Positions 14,771-29,206 are shown, numbered from the stretch's first letter. The stretch: 64,000 bases of DNA from Somniosus microcephalus (GCA_052327205.1 CM126210.1:111042001-111106000); one strand, 5' to 3'. Notes: generated by a model from the letters alone, not told the origin. A program made the numbers and translations.

Positions 14771-15012
14771 ATGTTGCATTTATATAACTCCTTTCATGAC
14801 CTCAGGATGTCCCAAGGCAATGAAGTACTTTTGATGTGTAGTCACTTGTGATATAGGAAATGCGGAAACCAATTTCCGCACAGCAAGGTCCCACAAACAG
14901 CAATGTGATGATGACCAGAATTTTTTTGGGATGTTGGTTGAGAAATAAATATTGGCCAGGACACCAAGGAGAACTCTCTTGCTCTGGTGCCATGGGATCT
15001 TTTATGTCCACC
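14771..15012 (-). mobile_element. Deu-domain SINE 3' fragment
   Basis: Reverse-complement match to 27830-28085. Confidence 0.75.
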
Positions 15013-16789
15013 TCAGGGCATAGTTGTTTAACACCCACTGCCCACCAAAGTTCATTGTTGATATATCTTACAATGCTTCAATACCACTGTAGCACCAGAC
15101 ATAATATCAGATTTCAGTGTCTTAATCCTTTATTTCCTGGACTCTGAAATGCTGAACTAATCACTTTGTCACATTTAAGGTGCGTGTCGCCAAGATGAAT
15201 GGTGATGATTTTTGTTTAGTGTATTGGAGTCAGCTGATATAGTGGGGACTCAAAGCAGATTTGATTGCAGAGGCTAATGTAGTTTGCTGTTGGATAGTGA
15301 TTCTGCTTTCTGAAGCAATATTCCAAGTTCCCATGTGAGTTCAGTCCCTCCGACCTATGTGTGGAAAGTGCCTGCATCTTGAGCTTCTCTCGCAGCAAAA
15401 ATATAGATTTCATGTGTTCCACATCAAAAGCAAATGGAACACTTTTAGGGCACTGGGTGATGATATTGTCTTGTAGCTTGACTCTCTACTTAGTGAGTAT
15501 TCGTCATGAACAATGGTCAGTGTTCCTTTAAAGTATTTTAGAGCGGTTTCTAGTTCTATAAAAACAAAAATCATTACATATCATGCCTAATTTTACAAAG
15601 TACTTTTGCAGGAACCTTGTATTTTAATCTGTCAATCAAAAGCATGGATATCTTAGCACAGGAGGAGGCCAGTTGATACTTCATGATTCTGCTCAATTCA
15701 GGCACTTCTCTGGAGCTGATTTTACACAGGCCCATTTTCCTGCCTTCTCCCCAAACCATTTTATATATAAGTAATTATTCAGTATCTTTTTTTGTATGCT
15801 GCAATCGATTTAGCATGTCTCCACTTGTGGCAAAGCAATTCATGTTTCCGTAACTATGAATGGAAAGACCTGTTTTAGATCCTCCTTTGTTTGAGAGCTT
15901 ATCTTGAGATCGTGGCCTCTTGTGTTCAATTTACTCATCAGTGGAAATGATCTGTTTACCGTGTTTATTTCTTACATAATTTTGAATACTTCAGTCAATC
16001 ACTCCTCAATCTTAGTTTGAGAAAATACAACTCTAGTTGCTCTAAACTTTGCTCAAGTTAAACCCTCATTCTTGGTACCATCCTAGTAAATCTCCATTAC
16101 ACTTTCTCCATTGGCTATTATATACTTCCTGTAGTGAGCAGCTCCAAACTGCAGACTGTTTCAGATCTGGCCTAACCGAGATTGTACTGTTCCTGTTTAA
16201 GGATAGTTCTACATATAAACTAGCTACAAGCACGTGGAACATCTCTATAGGGCTATGTAAGGTTTGAGCATTAACCAAGATCTTTGACATTGCATGCAAA
16301 AGAATTCTGTTCGGATTAGATGCTGCTTCTAAAGCATAGCTTTGACGCAACTGGAGCTAAACTAAATTCCTTGAATTATTTGCAGTTTTTGCTGTTTGGT
16401 CAGCAGTGGTGCAATTTTCCAATTGTATTTCAAAAAAGTCATTGATTTAGCATAAATATTTCTCTGCTTCAGAAGCATTCAGTTCTATTATAAATCATTA
16501 CATGAGTTTCAGCTAGCCAGTTGGATTGCTAGGTTGATGACCTGAGGGTATCTGTACAATCAGTATTTGTGATGGGTTGACCTTTTTGCTATTACTTGCA
16601 CACCTGCTATGCTTCTGAATTTTCTACATTGACCCAATCTTGCCAGTGGGCCATAAGTTAGTTATTAAACCTCTAACTTGTATAATGTTCAAATCAAGTG
16701 ATTCTCTTTCTCCTACTTAACTTTTGTATTGATATCGTGTGTTTATATATATGTAGGGCACTTGATTGGCAGAGCAAAGCAAGGGTATA

Positions 16790-17143
16790 AAAACAAAATG
16801 CTGGAAATACTCAGCAGGTCAGGCAGCATCTGTGGAGAGAGAAACAGTTAACGTTTCAGGTCAGAACTGGAAAAAGTTGGAGATCTAACAGATTTTAAAG
16901 CAAGTGTGGGGCAATTGAAAGGGGGAGGGGAGGAAAGAACAAAAGGGAAGATCTGATAGGGCGGAAGGCAGGAGAGATTAAAAGACAAAAGGGATGATGG
17001 TGCAAGGCAAAAGGAGATGGTAATGGGACAAGTTAAGAAACAAGAGGAGTCTAGAGGAGGTGTAAATGGGAATAGCAGAATAATCAACAGCTGCCATGTG
17101 GAAAAAAATAGGAGCAGAGGTTATGGTCTGAAATTGTTGAACT
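16790..17143 (-). mobile_element. Penelope-like element 3' UTR (family A), hammerhead stem II deleted
   Basis: Last GIY-YIG codons (FNNFR) at the right end; minus strand CAGTT-CTGA-CCT-GAAA-CGTT-AACTG; 13-bp TSD AAGCAAGGGTATA (16777-16789, 17144-17156). Confidence 0.85.
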
Positions 17144-19699
17144 AAGCAAGGGTATATATATATCATTTTGTTGAGATTTCAATAACTTCCTCTGAAATTG
17201 AGAATTTCTGAAATCATAAACTACAATAGGAGTTTATGAACAGTGGCAGAACTCAGAATGAACTACAACCTTGAACTTGCCTTGCAGCTATTCAATATAC
17301 GACGAATTCAAAAAAGATTCTAACCGTAACTATGGTGAGTGATCGCATGAGGATGGGGTGATCTATACTCTAAATACATGCACTTTTTCCACACACTTAT
17401 AGTACAGTGATGATCGTAATTAAGAGCTACCCAAATTGCCTCTGTTAAGGCTGAATCACTTCTACCGCGCCTCAACTAAGCTGCTGGTGAACGAGTGGAC
17501 TGACATTGCCTGCTCCTGAATTAACAGTTTGAGCAGTCAGACTGCTTTTCAGAGTTAGCAGACAAAATCATTCCCGTACCATCTTTGTGGTGCATAGGGT
17601 TTCTAATTTGTTTTAGGCATTGTTAGTTTATACAAGTTTTCTATTTTATGTTGTACCGTAGGTGACATTTTAATGTGCTCCATGTCATTGCATGACGGTT
17701 GCTGTTGCAAATAACCTTGTAACATTATTACAAATCAGGAAAATGTACATGGAAAAGCTATACTTGTAATTGAGAGTGTAATTTGTCTTTCATTGGCACC
17801 CATTAAAACAGTTGCCTGCTAGCTGTGTACAACAGTGACTACACTTCAAAAGTACTTAATTGGCTGTAAAGTGCTTTGGGAAATCCTGAAGACGTGAAAG
17901 TGGCTACATAAATGCAATCCTTCCTTCCGTCTTTCAATAGTTGAGACTCTTGGATGCCATTGGGGAAGAAAGGCAGGGAACACCCATCGAGTACAGACTT
18001 TCTGCTATTCTAGATGTACAAGCTATGTGACCCTTCTCTGGGAGACCTGTTATTCATTAAACAAAGAAATACTGTTAACTCTTCAAGACTACCATCTTCA
18101 TTAAAGCTGCTGTTATTACTCAAAGTATACGTAAGCTAATGGGACATCGTAGAAAAAATGGAGAAGTAGTATTTAAAACCTGGAGGGTACTGCAGTCGTC
18201 TTGATGTGTAACATCTTGAACTTTAAGCAATCCCCAAGCTACTTTTGAAATGTTACTCGGCGAGTTTTTATTGAAACTCCAAGATCAGCAATTTCATAAT
18301 TTGTGCAATATTATGGGATGTTTTGTGTTTTGGGTATTGTATACTGTACCTTATGTTGTGACAGCCCAAATTTGTTTCATGTAGTACCCTATACCAGCAG
18401 AGAGGAAACTTTTCAACCCATCACTTCAGGCTGGATTTGAGCTTTGTGTTGGGCAGATACCAACCAGCATATAGGAGTCTATATAGTAACAACTGACTGG
18501 GTTATGATGAGATCTAAAATTTAAAAAGAAGTGACCATTATCACTGACCCCACATGCGAAGTAATTTGGCTGTATGTATCCTTTCTAAGTATAAAATGTG
18601 AATCAGAGAATTGTCTAACATCTCTGCATATGCGAGACCCAAACTATTTTCCAATTTTCAGTTTAAAAAAAAAAGACTAATTGTTTGTGTTTCCTGCACA
18701 TTAAACGTCAGAGCTGGAAAAGGCCAGTGAAAAGGTTATTTTGTTCTGTGTCACATTGCTACAAAATTGCATTTCATTTATAAAAAAAAAAAAATCCCTT
18801 GTAAGTGTTATCTATCTCTCAATATTCAAGAGCAAAATAAACTAATTGTTTGGTTCTATAGTGTGCATTTTTACACTTAGAGATGCATATATAGCCAGAA
18901 TATTCAATGAAGTAAGATGTATTGAAGTTGTAAATTAGAGAAACAAAGACAGATGGAAGTAGGAAAATGCTACTTTGAAGTCAGAGCTGCCTTTTGAAAT
19001 GGAGCCCTGAGTTTACAACCAATGACGCCAGTTTGTTGGCACCCTGCAGCGTATCAACTAGGGCTTCCTCGACAGTATGTGGAGTGATGGCACTTGCTTC
19101 AGGGTAAGCACAGGATACATTTAGGCAGTGGGTTGGTAGGTCTCATGTGAAAGATGTCTAAATTAACAAACCAGCAGGGATCACATGTACTGTGTGGAGT
19201 ACTCGGCAGGCTAGACCTGCATAGTGCTGTCAAGTCTGCTGGCCAGGAACTCCCTCCCATCAGTATTGGGATCTGGATTAATGTTGCTTTTAATTACTTG
19301 TCGTTAAACCACCAGCATGATCAAATGTTTTGGGTTAATGAACTGTTGTGCCAAGCTCCTTCAAGGTAGCAGAGACATTTGACAAGGTTTTGCTCCAGTT
19401 CACTGATTTGTGCTGTTCATCGATGTATTTTTGTGTAATCACTTTTTCTTGAAGGTGGCGATCAACTTTTGCAACATACTGAATTGTTTTGCACAGTATT
19501 TGTAGGTTATCATACTATTTATGTGTAGTACAAGGAAGTAGTGCTACACAAGTCCTGGTTACGTGCATCCTGGAGTGATGAGGAAAGTCAGAGAGGAAAT
19601 GACACAAGCTCTGACGACAATCTTTTCAGCATCCTTGGATATGGAAGTGGTGCCAGAAGCCTGAGCATTGCCAGTATAACCTCTGCTCAAGAATCGAGA

Positions 19700-20190
19700 A
19701 AGCGAAAACCAGATAACTATAGACCAGTCAGCCCAACATTGGAGTGGGTAAGCTTCTGGAGACTATAATACAGGATAAAAATGTGCATTAATTAAGGGCA
19801 GCCAATATGGGCTTGTAATAGGCAAGCTGTGTCTGAAAAATGTAAGAGTTCTTTGAGGAAGTAATGGAGTGTATTGATAAAAGAAATGCAGTGGATGTTG
19901 TGTATATGGATTTATAAAGGCATTTGATATGGTGCCACATAGGTTTGTTAATAAACTTTAGGTGGAAATATTAAGTGGAATATGGCAGAAGTTTACAGCC
20001 CATAGCTAACCGAGAAAAATGGGCAGTGGTTCACCATATATGGAGCAAGCATTTGTTTTTAAGTTTCAGTATATACCTGTATTGAGAACTTGGCTGAAAG
20101 ATACGAAGTTAGCAGAGGGCAGAAAACGAAGTGATGGTTAATGAGGTTTTTTTTGTACTGCAGGGATGCAAACAGTGGTGTTCTTCAGCC
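19700..20190 (+). mobile_element. Old CR1 ORF2 fragments
   Basis: KPDNYRPVS, and degenerate matches to the young CR1 at 56698 (GTGGATGTTGTGTATATGGATT, GTGCCACAT). Confidence 0.6.
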
Positions 20191-20900
20191 ATGACTTTAA
20201 GGAAAATTAATAATTAATGTCTGTTAGTTTGTCTTTTTTTTATTAGTCACAGTACACAGATGGTGCATTTTGGTTTCAATTGACCTTTTCTGGAAGGTAC
20301 CAGAATAAATATTTTGGTTGGGACAAACCAAAAAACAACTGGGTGTCTCTAGTTTTGATTCCTGTTGGATAGTAAAGCGGCCAACATGTTAATTGTTTAA
20401 ATAGCACAAGCTATCTTAATTCAGTTCCAAATATCCTATGTAATTGAAGAATGGCATCCAATCTGTGTAAATAAAAGAAGCTAGTCTGTTGATGTGTTTT
20501 GGTTATGTCTTCACAGATTCAAGTCATCTGACACAGATTAAAAATCAGGCTTGCCTGGGGTGTTGGTTTTGATTGTCAGGCGGTGTCTCAGATGGGATAA
20601 GGTCAATGATTGGCTGTTGTCTTTTTTTCTGGACAACTCTGTGGCCAGAAGTTTCTAGCATGGACTTGTATCTTTGGTTGACTGGTCTATATCAGCAGTT
20701 TACAGTCTCAAGCCAGCAGAGAAACTAGGCTAGTTTGACTCCATGACACTGGTTCACTATATTGGAAGTAACTGTCTATCTTTAAGATTCAATATTTGTT
20801 GAGAGCTCAAGGAAAAGCATACTTACTGTTTTGGTATATGTCAAGGGGCATAGTAACGTTTCTAATTAAAATTACTGTTTTGCACTGAGTACTGTTCATT

Positions 20901-21615
20901 TCATAGAAACTTACAGCACAGAAGGAGGCCATTTGGCCCGTTGTGCCTGTGCTGGCTCTTTGAAACAGCAGCCGTGCTTAGTTCCACACTCCCTGCTTTT
21001 CGTTCGTAACCCTATAAGTTCCTCATCCTCAAGTACTTGTCCAACTCCCTTTTAAAAATTATTTATGGAATCCGCTTCCACCATCTTTTCAGGTAGAGCG
21101 TTCCAGATCCCGACAATTCTGATTGAAAACATTTCTCCTCATCTCCCCTCTAGATCTTTTGCCAATGGTTTTAAATCTATGAACTCTGGTGATTGACCCA
21201 CTTGCCAGAGGGAATTGTTTTTCTCTATCTACTCAATCAAAACCTCTCATCACCTTGAAACCTCTATTAGGTCACCTCTTGGCCTTCTGTTCCAAGGAGA
21301 ACAGCCCTAACCTTTCCAACCTCTCCTCCATAACTGAAGTCCCTCATCCCTGGTAACATCCTGGGAAACCTTCTTTGTACTCTTTTGAAGGCCTTTACAT
21401 CTTTTCTGAAGTGTGGTGCCCAGAATTGTCTGCAATACTCCAGCTGAGGCCTAGCGTGATCTCTGCTTTTATATTCGATGCCTCGATTCATAAACCCAAG
21501 TAACCCATATGCTTTTTTAATCACCGTATCAAATTATCCTGCCACCTTTTAAGGATTTGTGTATATGAACACCAAGGTCTCTGCTCATCTATACTTTTCA
21601 AAATCGTGCCATTTA
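20901..21615 (-). mobile_element. CR1 LINE 3' end
   Basis: RPQLEYCRQFWAPHFRKDVKAFKRVQRRF; CR1 tail GGGCCAAATGGCCTCCTTCTGTGCTGTAA on the minus strand. Confidence 0.85.
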
Positions 21616-23599
21616 TCAGACTTTTTAAAGCATTTGTCTTTTGGTTTATTGGCTGAGTCTCAGTCTAGTGGTGTGTATATTCAGTCCACTAACGGAAGAT
21701 GAGGAGAATTACGTAGCGGCTTGTGATGCATTCAATTAAATCAGCAAGGGTTCTCTGTTTGATCCCCAAATTTTGTTATTGTTCGAGATACCAGGAAGGT
21801 GAACACAAAGTCCAATCGTTGGGTATGTGAAGTCTGCTTAAAGCAGTGGTCAGTAAAGCTGAACCTGTGTCGAATATTTTGTGTAAAACCCAAACGCATG
21901 CATGATCTCGCCTCTGGCATAGGAGGCACTAAATCAAAATTTGCAGATGACCCAAAAATGGTTAACTGTGAAGAAGTTTGTAAGTGACTTCAGGAGGGCA
22001 AAGGTTAGTAAATTGGGCAGATGTATATTGAAGAAATGTGAGATGGTGCATTTTGGGCGGAAGAATAAGGTGGAGATTTTCCATCTAATTCGTCCTCTTC
22101 CCTTGTGGGGAAACACTTGGCCTCCACTTGGCATCTACCAAGGCAGCATAATTCAGGTCAGTTGCTTAGTCGAGTAGGGGACTGAGCCCGAATTCCATGG
22201 CATTGCCCTTCTATGCTTCAGGGTGTAGTGCCATTCCATTCTCCAACTGAACAAAAGTTCTTCTCCAGGAGAAAGATGAGTGATGCCAGACAAGTTGTGA
22301 CAATCGCTATCTATATCTGGAAATGACTAGTTTAGCAGGTTGCTGGCAAAAATGTGGGGAAATTTGACATAGTATGGAAATGTTTTGTTATTTGAAGCAG
22401 AATTCTGTGCTTGGGTTAGGCATAAATTTAATATTGTACCATCTTTAAAAGTTCAACTTTTAATAGGATTTATTATGTATGTTTATATTTGGATGGGCCT
22501 TTTCAACACAAGAAGGGTTTTGATTGGGAACTGCAAGGGGAAAGCCACCTTTTTGAAGGTTAACTAGTTTAACAAAAAGAAGCTTGAGACAGATTATTGG
22601 CAGTCAAGTCCACATGTGGTCAGGGTTAAGTGTATTATGTTTGAATGCTCTCTTTTTTAAATTGACAGATATCTGATTGATGTCCATCCCCATGCCACAC
22701 ACCTATCAGCTTAGAGCAGGTCATCGCCTTACACACAGCACCAGCTCAGCAGTCAACTGCATGTAATTCAGTAAGAAAAAAAATACCATGCAGCAGTGCT
22801 GTACGTGACATCCTTGGGGAGATAATCCAAGAATAGTAACGAGGATACTGGGGAACAAGAGCATGAACTAAGAAGCAGATTGGTTAAATTACTGGCTTTA
22901 TTAGGCAGAGTATGGCTGAAACTGTGTTGCAGGCATCATGCTACCTGAACCAACATCTTGAATTCCATTTGGGTGAGAGCTGAAGTGAGATGTTTTAGCC
23001 CTGATGTAATATTTCCTGTTTGGGTTATGACTGCTTATGATGAGGGTGGTGATTGGAGGATTTTCTTCTGCTCACCAATAAATCCATTCAGGTTTGGAAG
23101 TTCCGGGTTTTAGTTTCCAATTTTGAGCGAATAAAGTGATACGATCTGTTCAGCTCCATTCCAATGGATTTCTCCAGATAAATATGCACTCTGCAGTTAT
23201 GTGTAAAAATATAATGTTTGTACAAATTTGCATGAATTGTATCGATTGCGGGATTTTCCTTTGACAGAAGGAAGAGATAGAGGAAATACGAACATGTAAC
23301 AAGTGAGAAAAGATCAGGCCCATGAAGTCTGCCGCAGCCAGACGCGGTGTAAACTCGTACATAATTCACTCACCCACTAACAGCGATACTTCAAGAAACT
23401 GGGAAATTCCTCTCCAATTCCATAAAGCAGGCAAGCAAGTTCCACGGGACTATAGTAGCCTAAAAATTCTTCATAATCCCCAATTTAGCCCCATAACTGA
23501 AAATGCCCTCGTTTCTCAGGGACATGTCAAGTTACCTTTTTATAGGACTGTGACCTGTCCTCCTTGCATGTCAAATATTTCACAACATCTAAACTCTTT

Positions 23600-24720
23600 G
23601 TACAGTATACAGATTTTATAGCCATGCCGTCTCATGCTGTTTATTTCAAATAACCCATCTAACTGAATTATATTCAATCCCTTCATTCTTTTAAAAACTT
23701 CAGTCATACCCACTGTAAATCTGCATTTCTACGAAGTAAATAATTCAATCTCTTGGAGGGGAGCTTTGTAGAATGACTGCGAAAAAGCCAAGTGCATGCA
23801 TATTCGTGCCTTGCAGAGCCTAACTATAATACATTTATTGAAATTCAATATTAGCAAGGCAACCTAAATCTATTTTGCTTTTTCTATCATGCACTTTTAG
23901 CAAACAATCGACAATTAAGCTTGTCTTTTTCTTGATCTGTTACCTTTTAATAGGTACCTGTGCAGGTGTAAATATACCTGGAGGTTTCTAGTTCCAAGTG
24001 CATGATGCTGCACTTGTCCACATTAATTGACATCTGCTACATTCTGGGCCCATTTACCTGACTTACCTAAATTGGCCTCCAACCTATTGATTTGAAATAC
24101 TCACCCCCATGCGCATTTTTGTATTGTATGTGAATTTAAACATAGTTCCATTTAAGCCCTCTAGCACATTAGTGAAAAAAATGAACAGTGATCGTCCCAT
24201 ACAGAGCCATGTGGAATTCTAGTTATCAGACCCCAATCTGATCCATTCCCATTAATAACAGCTCTCTGCTTAGGTTTAATAATTAGTTGGATTAAATCAC
24301 ATAACAGCTGTTCTATAATCCAATTGTGATCTAATTGTTTCTTATGACCATCTATGAGGTACTTTATGGAACAATTTTTGGAAGTCTTGAGTGTTCTACG
24401 TCAATCATCTTCATCCACGATTCTGGTCACTTCTTTGATCAGGTTAGTGAGGCAGAACCTATGTTTCTTTAAGCCACTCAATACTCTTAATCACCAAACT
24501 CTCCAAGTGATCACCTATCACTGTCGATGTAATGCTTTCCAACAGCTTCCCTACTACTCAAATGAAACTCAGAACTTATAATTTGTAGCGTTCGATTTCT
24601 TCCCTTTCCTAAATAATGGGGCCATATGACCCACCCTTCATTCCATAGGAACCAACCAGAATGAAGAAAGGATACCTTCCTTGTAGGACTATCTTCATTC
24701 TTGGAATGATATGCATTTTG
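23600..24720 (-). mobile_element. Very old CR1-group LINE RT relic
   Basis: Degenerate minus-strand similarity to CR1 ORF2 (PLFRKG and NYK-like segments, DFQK-like); boundaries approximate. Confidence 0.5.
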
Positions 24721-24789
24721 TAGACACTGATTTCACCCATCCTTTCAGGCTCTGGGAGTATAATTTTTGGGGATGGGGTGGTTAGTGTT

Positions 24790-25560
24790 TAATCATGCGG
24801 ATGAAGACGTCAGGGAACTATCTGCAAGTTCGTGGATGATAAGATTTCTGTAGGTGTTTGGATCTTTGATGAGAGAAATAGATTACAAGCATATCTAGAT
24901 ATGATAGGTGAATGGACTTGTCTGGCTATATATCTGTGTAGATATAGATATATAGGCATAGAGAGAGAGATAGGTAGGGCTAATTACAAGCATGTGTATA
25001 CCATGGAGGGTTGTGAACTTAAGGCTGTTGAGCAGAAGGAAGACCTAGATATTATAGTACATGAATCTCTGAAGGTTCACAACCAGTGCCGTAAGGCTAT
25101 TGCACAAGAGACCAGAGTACTAGGATCTTTTACCAGGATGACTAAATACAAAAAAAACTACTATAATTGTCCATGTGTAAGACCTTGGTTAGGCTTGGTT
25201 TAGAATATTGTGTCCACTTTCGGTCTCCTCATATGATCGTTAATATAGAGGCCCTGGAAAAATTTTAGAGGCGGCCAATAGATCGATACCTAGTTTCAAG
25301 ACCCTTAACTACCACAATAGGCTTAGAAAGCTGGGGCTTTTTACACTAGCAACCACGATAGGCTCGGAGAGCTGGGCTTTCTACTCTAGAAAAGTGTAGG
25401 CTTCGATTTGATTGAAGCCTTCAAAATAATGAAAGGATTACATTTGGTCTGTGTGGATAGGATATTTAAATTAGATATGTTCAGGAGGATCAGGGGACTT
25501 GAGTATAAGTTACAGATACACAGAACTCTGTTATATGTTGGGAGGCATTTCTTTTCAGTG
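24790..25560 (+). mobile_element. Old CR1-group LINE RT C-terminal relic
   Basis: CKFVDD (FADD-like), EDLDIIVHESLKVHNQC and LEYCVHF-like segments. Confidence 0.6.
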
Positions 25561-26338
25561 TTATTGACAGTGTCAGTGTGATGGTACAGGTTGTTGGCTT
25601 GAGCAGTGAGGGCAGATTAAAAGTTCCCGACTGTGCCAACATCACGATGTATAGAAGGCAGGTGGGGTATTGGGGGGGATATGCCTTGCAGCCACTCCAG
25701 TAGAGAAATTTCCCAGAATTTTTGTTCCCCCTAAATTAACCTTGAGTTTTTTTTCGTGCCTTTCAGGAGATTGCGTGTCTGGCTGGTGTGGTAGGAGGTT
25801 GTGTGAATGCGGGCTTTGGTGTGCATAAGCTGCACCTTACCAGTATGAGATAGGCTTGATGGACCAGCGGCCTTTTCCTACGTTTGGCCTCAGGTCAAAC
25901 TAACTTAAAATGGCAATATATCATAGAATGATGCAGCACAGAAGGAGGCCATTTGGCCCAACGTGCCTATTCAAATAGTCCCACTTCCCTGCCGTTTCCC
26001 CATATCCCTATAAATTTTCTCCTTCAAGTATTTATCCAGTTCCCTTTTGGACGTTATTACTGAATCCGCTTCCACCACCCTTTCAGGCAGCGCATTCCAG
26101 ATCATCATAACTCGCTGCATAATTTTATTTTCCTCGTGTTCTTTTGCCAATCATCTTAAATCTGTGCCCTCTGGTTACCGACCCTTCTGCCACTGGAAAC
26201 AGTTTCTCCTTATTTGCTCTATCAAAACCCTTCATGGCTTTGAACACCTCGATCAAATCTCCGCTTAACCACCTCTGCTTGAAGGAGAACAACCCCAGTT
26301 TCTCAAGTCACTCCAAGTAACTGAAGTCATTCAGATGT

Positions 26339-28099
26339 GTCAGCTGTGGCTCAGTGGGTAGCACACTCACATCTGAGTCAGAAGGTTGTGGGTTCAAATC
26401 CCACTCCAGGGACTTGAGCACATCTTCTCTTCTTAGGCAGTCCTTCTGAACCGAGGATGACTTGCTTCCACAGTCTCTGTCTCTGTCACAGGTGGGGCAG
26501 ACGGTGGTTGAAGGAGCGGGTGGGTGGGGTGCTTGGGTTGACGTGCGTTGCCTGTGCTTGGCTTCCGCTTGCTCCCGGCGAAGAGACTCGGTGTTCGGCG
26601 CCTTCTCGGGTGCTTTTCCTCCACTTTGTGCGGTCTTGGGCCAGAGATTCCCAGGTGTCGGTGGGGGTGTTACACTTTTTCAAGGAGGCTTTGAGGGTGT
26701 CCTTGAAGCGTTTCCTCTGCCCACCTGGGGCTCTCTTGCCGTGCCGGAGCTCCGAGTAGAGCGCTTGTTTTGGGAGTCTCGTATCGGGCATGTGGACAAT
26801 GTGACCCATCCATCGGAGCTGATTGAGCATGGTCAAAGCTTCGAAGATGGGGATGTTGGCCTGATGGATTTGCAGGATCTTGCGGAGGCAGCATTGGCGG
26901 TACCTCTCCAGTGCTTTGAGGTGCCTGCTGTACATGGTCCATGTCTCTGAGGCATACAGCAGGGTGGGTATCACTGCTGCCCTGTAGACCATGAGCTTAG
27001 TGCCAGGTTTGAGGTCCTGGTCTTCAAACACTCTCTTCCTCAGGCGACTGAAGGCTGCACTGGCACACTGAAGGCGGTGTTGGACTTTGTCGTCGACGTC
27101 TGCCCTTGTTGACAGTAGGCTCCCGAGGTATGGAAAGTGGTCCACGTTGTCCAAGGCCTTGTCGTGGATTTTGATAATCGGGGGGCAGCACTGTGTGGCA
27201 GGGGCAGGTTGGTAGAGGACCTTTGTCTTAAGGATGTTTAGTGTAAGGCCCATGCTCTCGTACGCTTCGGTGAAGGTGTTGACGATGGTTTGGAGTTCGA
27301 CCTCCGAGTGAGCGCAGACACAAGCATGGTCTGCATACTGTAATTCGACGACAGGATGGGACGACCTTGGATCTGGACTGGAGGTGACGGAGGTTGAACA
27401 GTTTCCCGTTGTTCTGTAAATTAGCTCCACTCCAGTGGGGAGCTTACTGAGGGTGAGATGGAGCATTGCAGCAAGGAAGATCGAGAAGAGCGTTGGTGCA
27501 ACGACACAGCCTTGCTTGACCCCGGTTCATACGTGAATTGGGTCTGTGGTGGAACCGTTGGTCAGGATCACGGCTTGCATGTCGTTGTGAAGCAGGCGGA
27601 GGATTGTGACAAACTTTTGAGGGCAGCCGAATTTGAGGAGGACACTCCATAATCGCTCATGGTTGACGGAGTCAACGGCCTTCGACACTGTCAACTTGAG
27701 CACATATATCTAGGCTGACACTTCAGTGCAGTGCTGAGGGAGCGCTGCATTGTCGGAGGTGCCGCCTTTCAGATGAGACACTAAACCGAGATCCTGCCTG
27801 CTCTCTCAGCTTGATGTAAAAGATCTTTTTTCGAAGCACTATTTCAAAGAAGAGCAGGGAAGTTGTCCCCGGTGTGCTGGCCAATATTTATCCCTCAATC
27901 AATATAACAAAAACAGATTATCAGGTCATCATCACATTGCTGTTTGTGGGAGCTTGCTGTGCGCAAAATTGACTGCCGCGTTTCCCACATTACAATAGTG
28001 ACTACACTCCAAAAGTACTTCATTGGCTGTAAAGCGCTTTGAGACGTCCGGTGGTCGTGAAAGGCTCTATATAAATGCAAATCTGTCTTTCTTTCTTTC
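26339..28099 (+). mobile_element. Full-length tRNA-headed Deu-domain SINE (SacSINE1-like), interrupted by RTE
   Basis: A box TGGCTCAGTGGG 26347-26358; B box GGTTCAAATCC 26391-26401; body resumes at 27706; L2-like tail CTATATAAATGCAA plus (CTTT)n. Confidence 0.8.
26424..27693 (-). mobile_element. 5'-truncated RTE-clade LINE
   Basis: GVKQGCV, LQYADH (YADD), GLTLNILKTKV, FPYLGS, QLRWMGHIVHMPDTRLP, GGQRKRFKDTLK; short GAA-type tail; 12-bp TSD ACTTGAGCACAT (26412-26423, 27694-27705). Confidence 0.92.
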
Positions 28100-29206
28100 A
28101 CTCATCCCTGGTACCATTCTAGTAAATCTCCTCGACATCCTTCCAAAGAGAATTGGCCACACTACTCCAGCTGGGGCCGAATAGCTGCTCCCAAACTACC
28201 CTGAGCTATCATTCAAGGCTTCTAAAAAGGCTGAGGAATGTGTTTTGCTACTGCCTAAGCTGTCTCCATTTTTAGCAATTATTACTAAAATTAATTGTGG
28301 CACAGATTGGCCTTGTAGGACTTTTTTTAGTGTGCCGTTTGCAGGCTTCAGTGAAGGGTTAGCAATCATATTAACAGCTTATTTGAAATTTTGGTTTCAT
28401 AAACTTATTCCATAGTGTTTTTATGAATTAAGATAATTAAGATTTGGGTGGTAAGTAATGGCGGTAGTGTGGAGGGGTAAGAGAGAACCGCACCACATGA
28501 AAATCTTTGCCCTGAGGCTCCTGCTTCTTCATTTCATGCATCCCCTTTCCTGTGTTTTGCTCGAGGCACAGAATGACTAATGTTACCACAGGTCCAAAAA
28601 ATAAAACCTTTTTTATGGTTTTGGATTTTGCTGCTGGGTAACAAATGCCTGGAGCTGAAGAGAAAGAATGTCAATTTTTTTTTTAAAGGTAGCTATCCCT
28701 CTCAAAATCTGTTAAACTCTTTCATGCTACCAACCCGGTTTCCAAGTTTTAATTGATTATTCACACCATCTTAATTTAGATTAAAGTAAGCTGAGGATTT
28801 TGCAATTTGACAAGGAATATTTCAGTAATTGATTAGTCAACACAGCCAACCCTTTCCTCTTATCTCTGCCCCTCTCTTCCCCCACCCCAAACCCACCTCA
28901 AGCTGATTAATAGAAAACCTTTCTCCAACCAGTTTTGAAATGCAGTAATTAGAGAGTCAAGACTCGTCAAGATACCTAGTTTCAGACATCTGATCTCTGT
29001 GGAGAGGTTGAAGAATTTGGTTTACTTTGAAGAGAAGTCTTGGGGAGATATTCTAAATTCTTAAGGTAATAGATAAATTGAACCCTGATAATGTGTTTGA
29101 GATTGCCACAACACTAGAACAAGGGGACATCATTTCAATCTTAGAGGAGGGAAGGTGGCAGAGACAGTTTAGATTTAACTATCGTACACAAGTGGCAAAT
29201 ACTGTA

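Larger units (their letters stand above)
25921..28185 (-). mobile_element. CR1 3' end split by a SINE (segments 25921-26330 and 28100-28185)
   Basis: CR1 tail at 25921-25965; sequence resumes collinearly (CTCATCCCTGGTACCATTCT) after the SINE. Confidence 0.75.

Noticed and set aside
22669-22776. Possible exon with AG/GT boundaries (also 4243-4500)
   Set aside because: Splice-like motifs are expected by chance in 64 kb; no coding or other support.
23089-23416. Possible TIR element
   Set aside because: Terminal similarity too weak and no TSD or second copy seen.
26339-26411. tRNA gene
   Set aside because: A/B boxes lead into a SINE body; no proper cloverleaf or terminator.
26486-27466. 326-aa ORF as a functional gene
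   Set aside because: 5'-truncated, frameshifted RTE RT with catalytic YADD changed to YADH.
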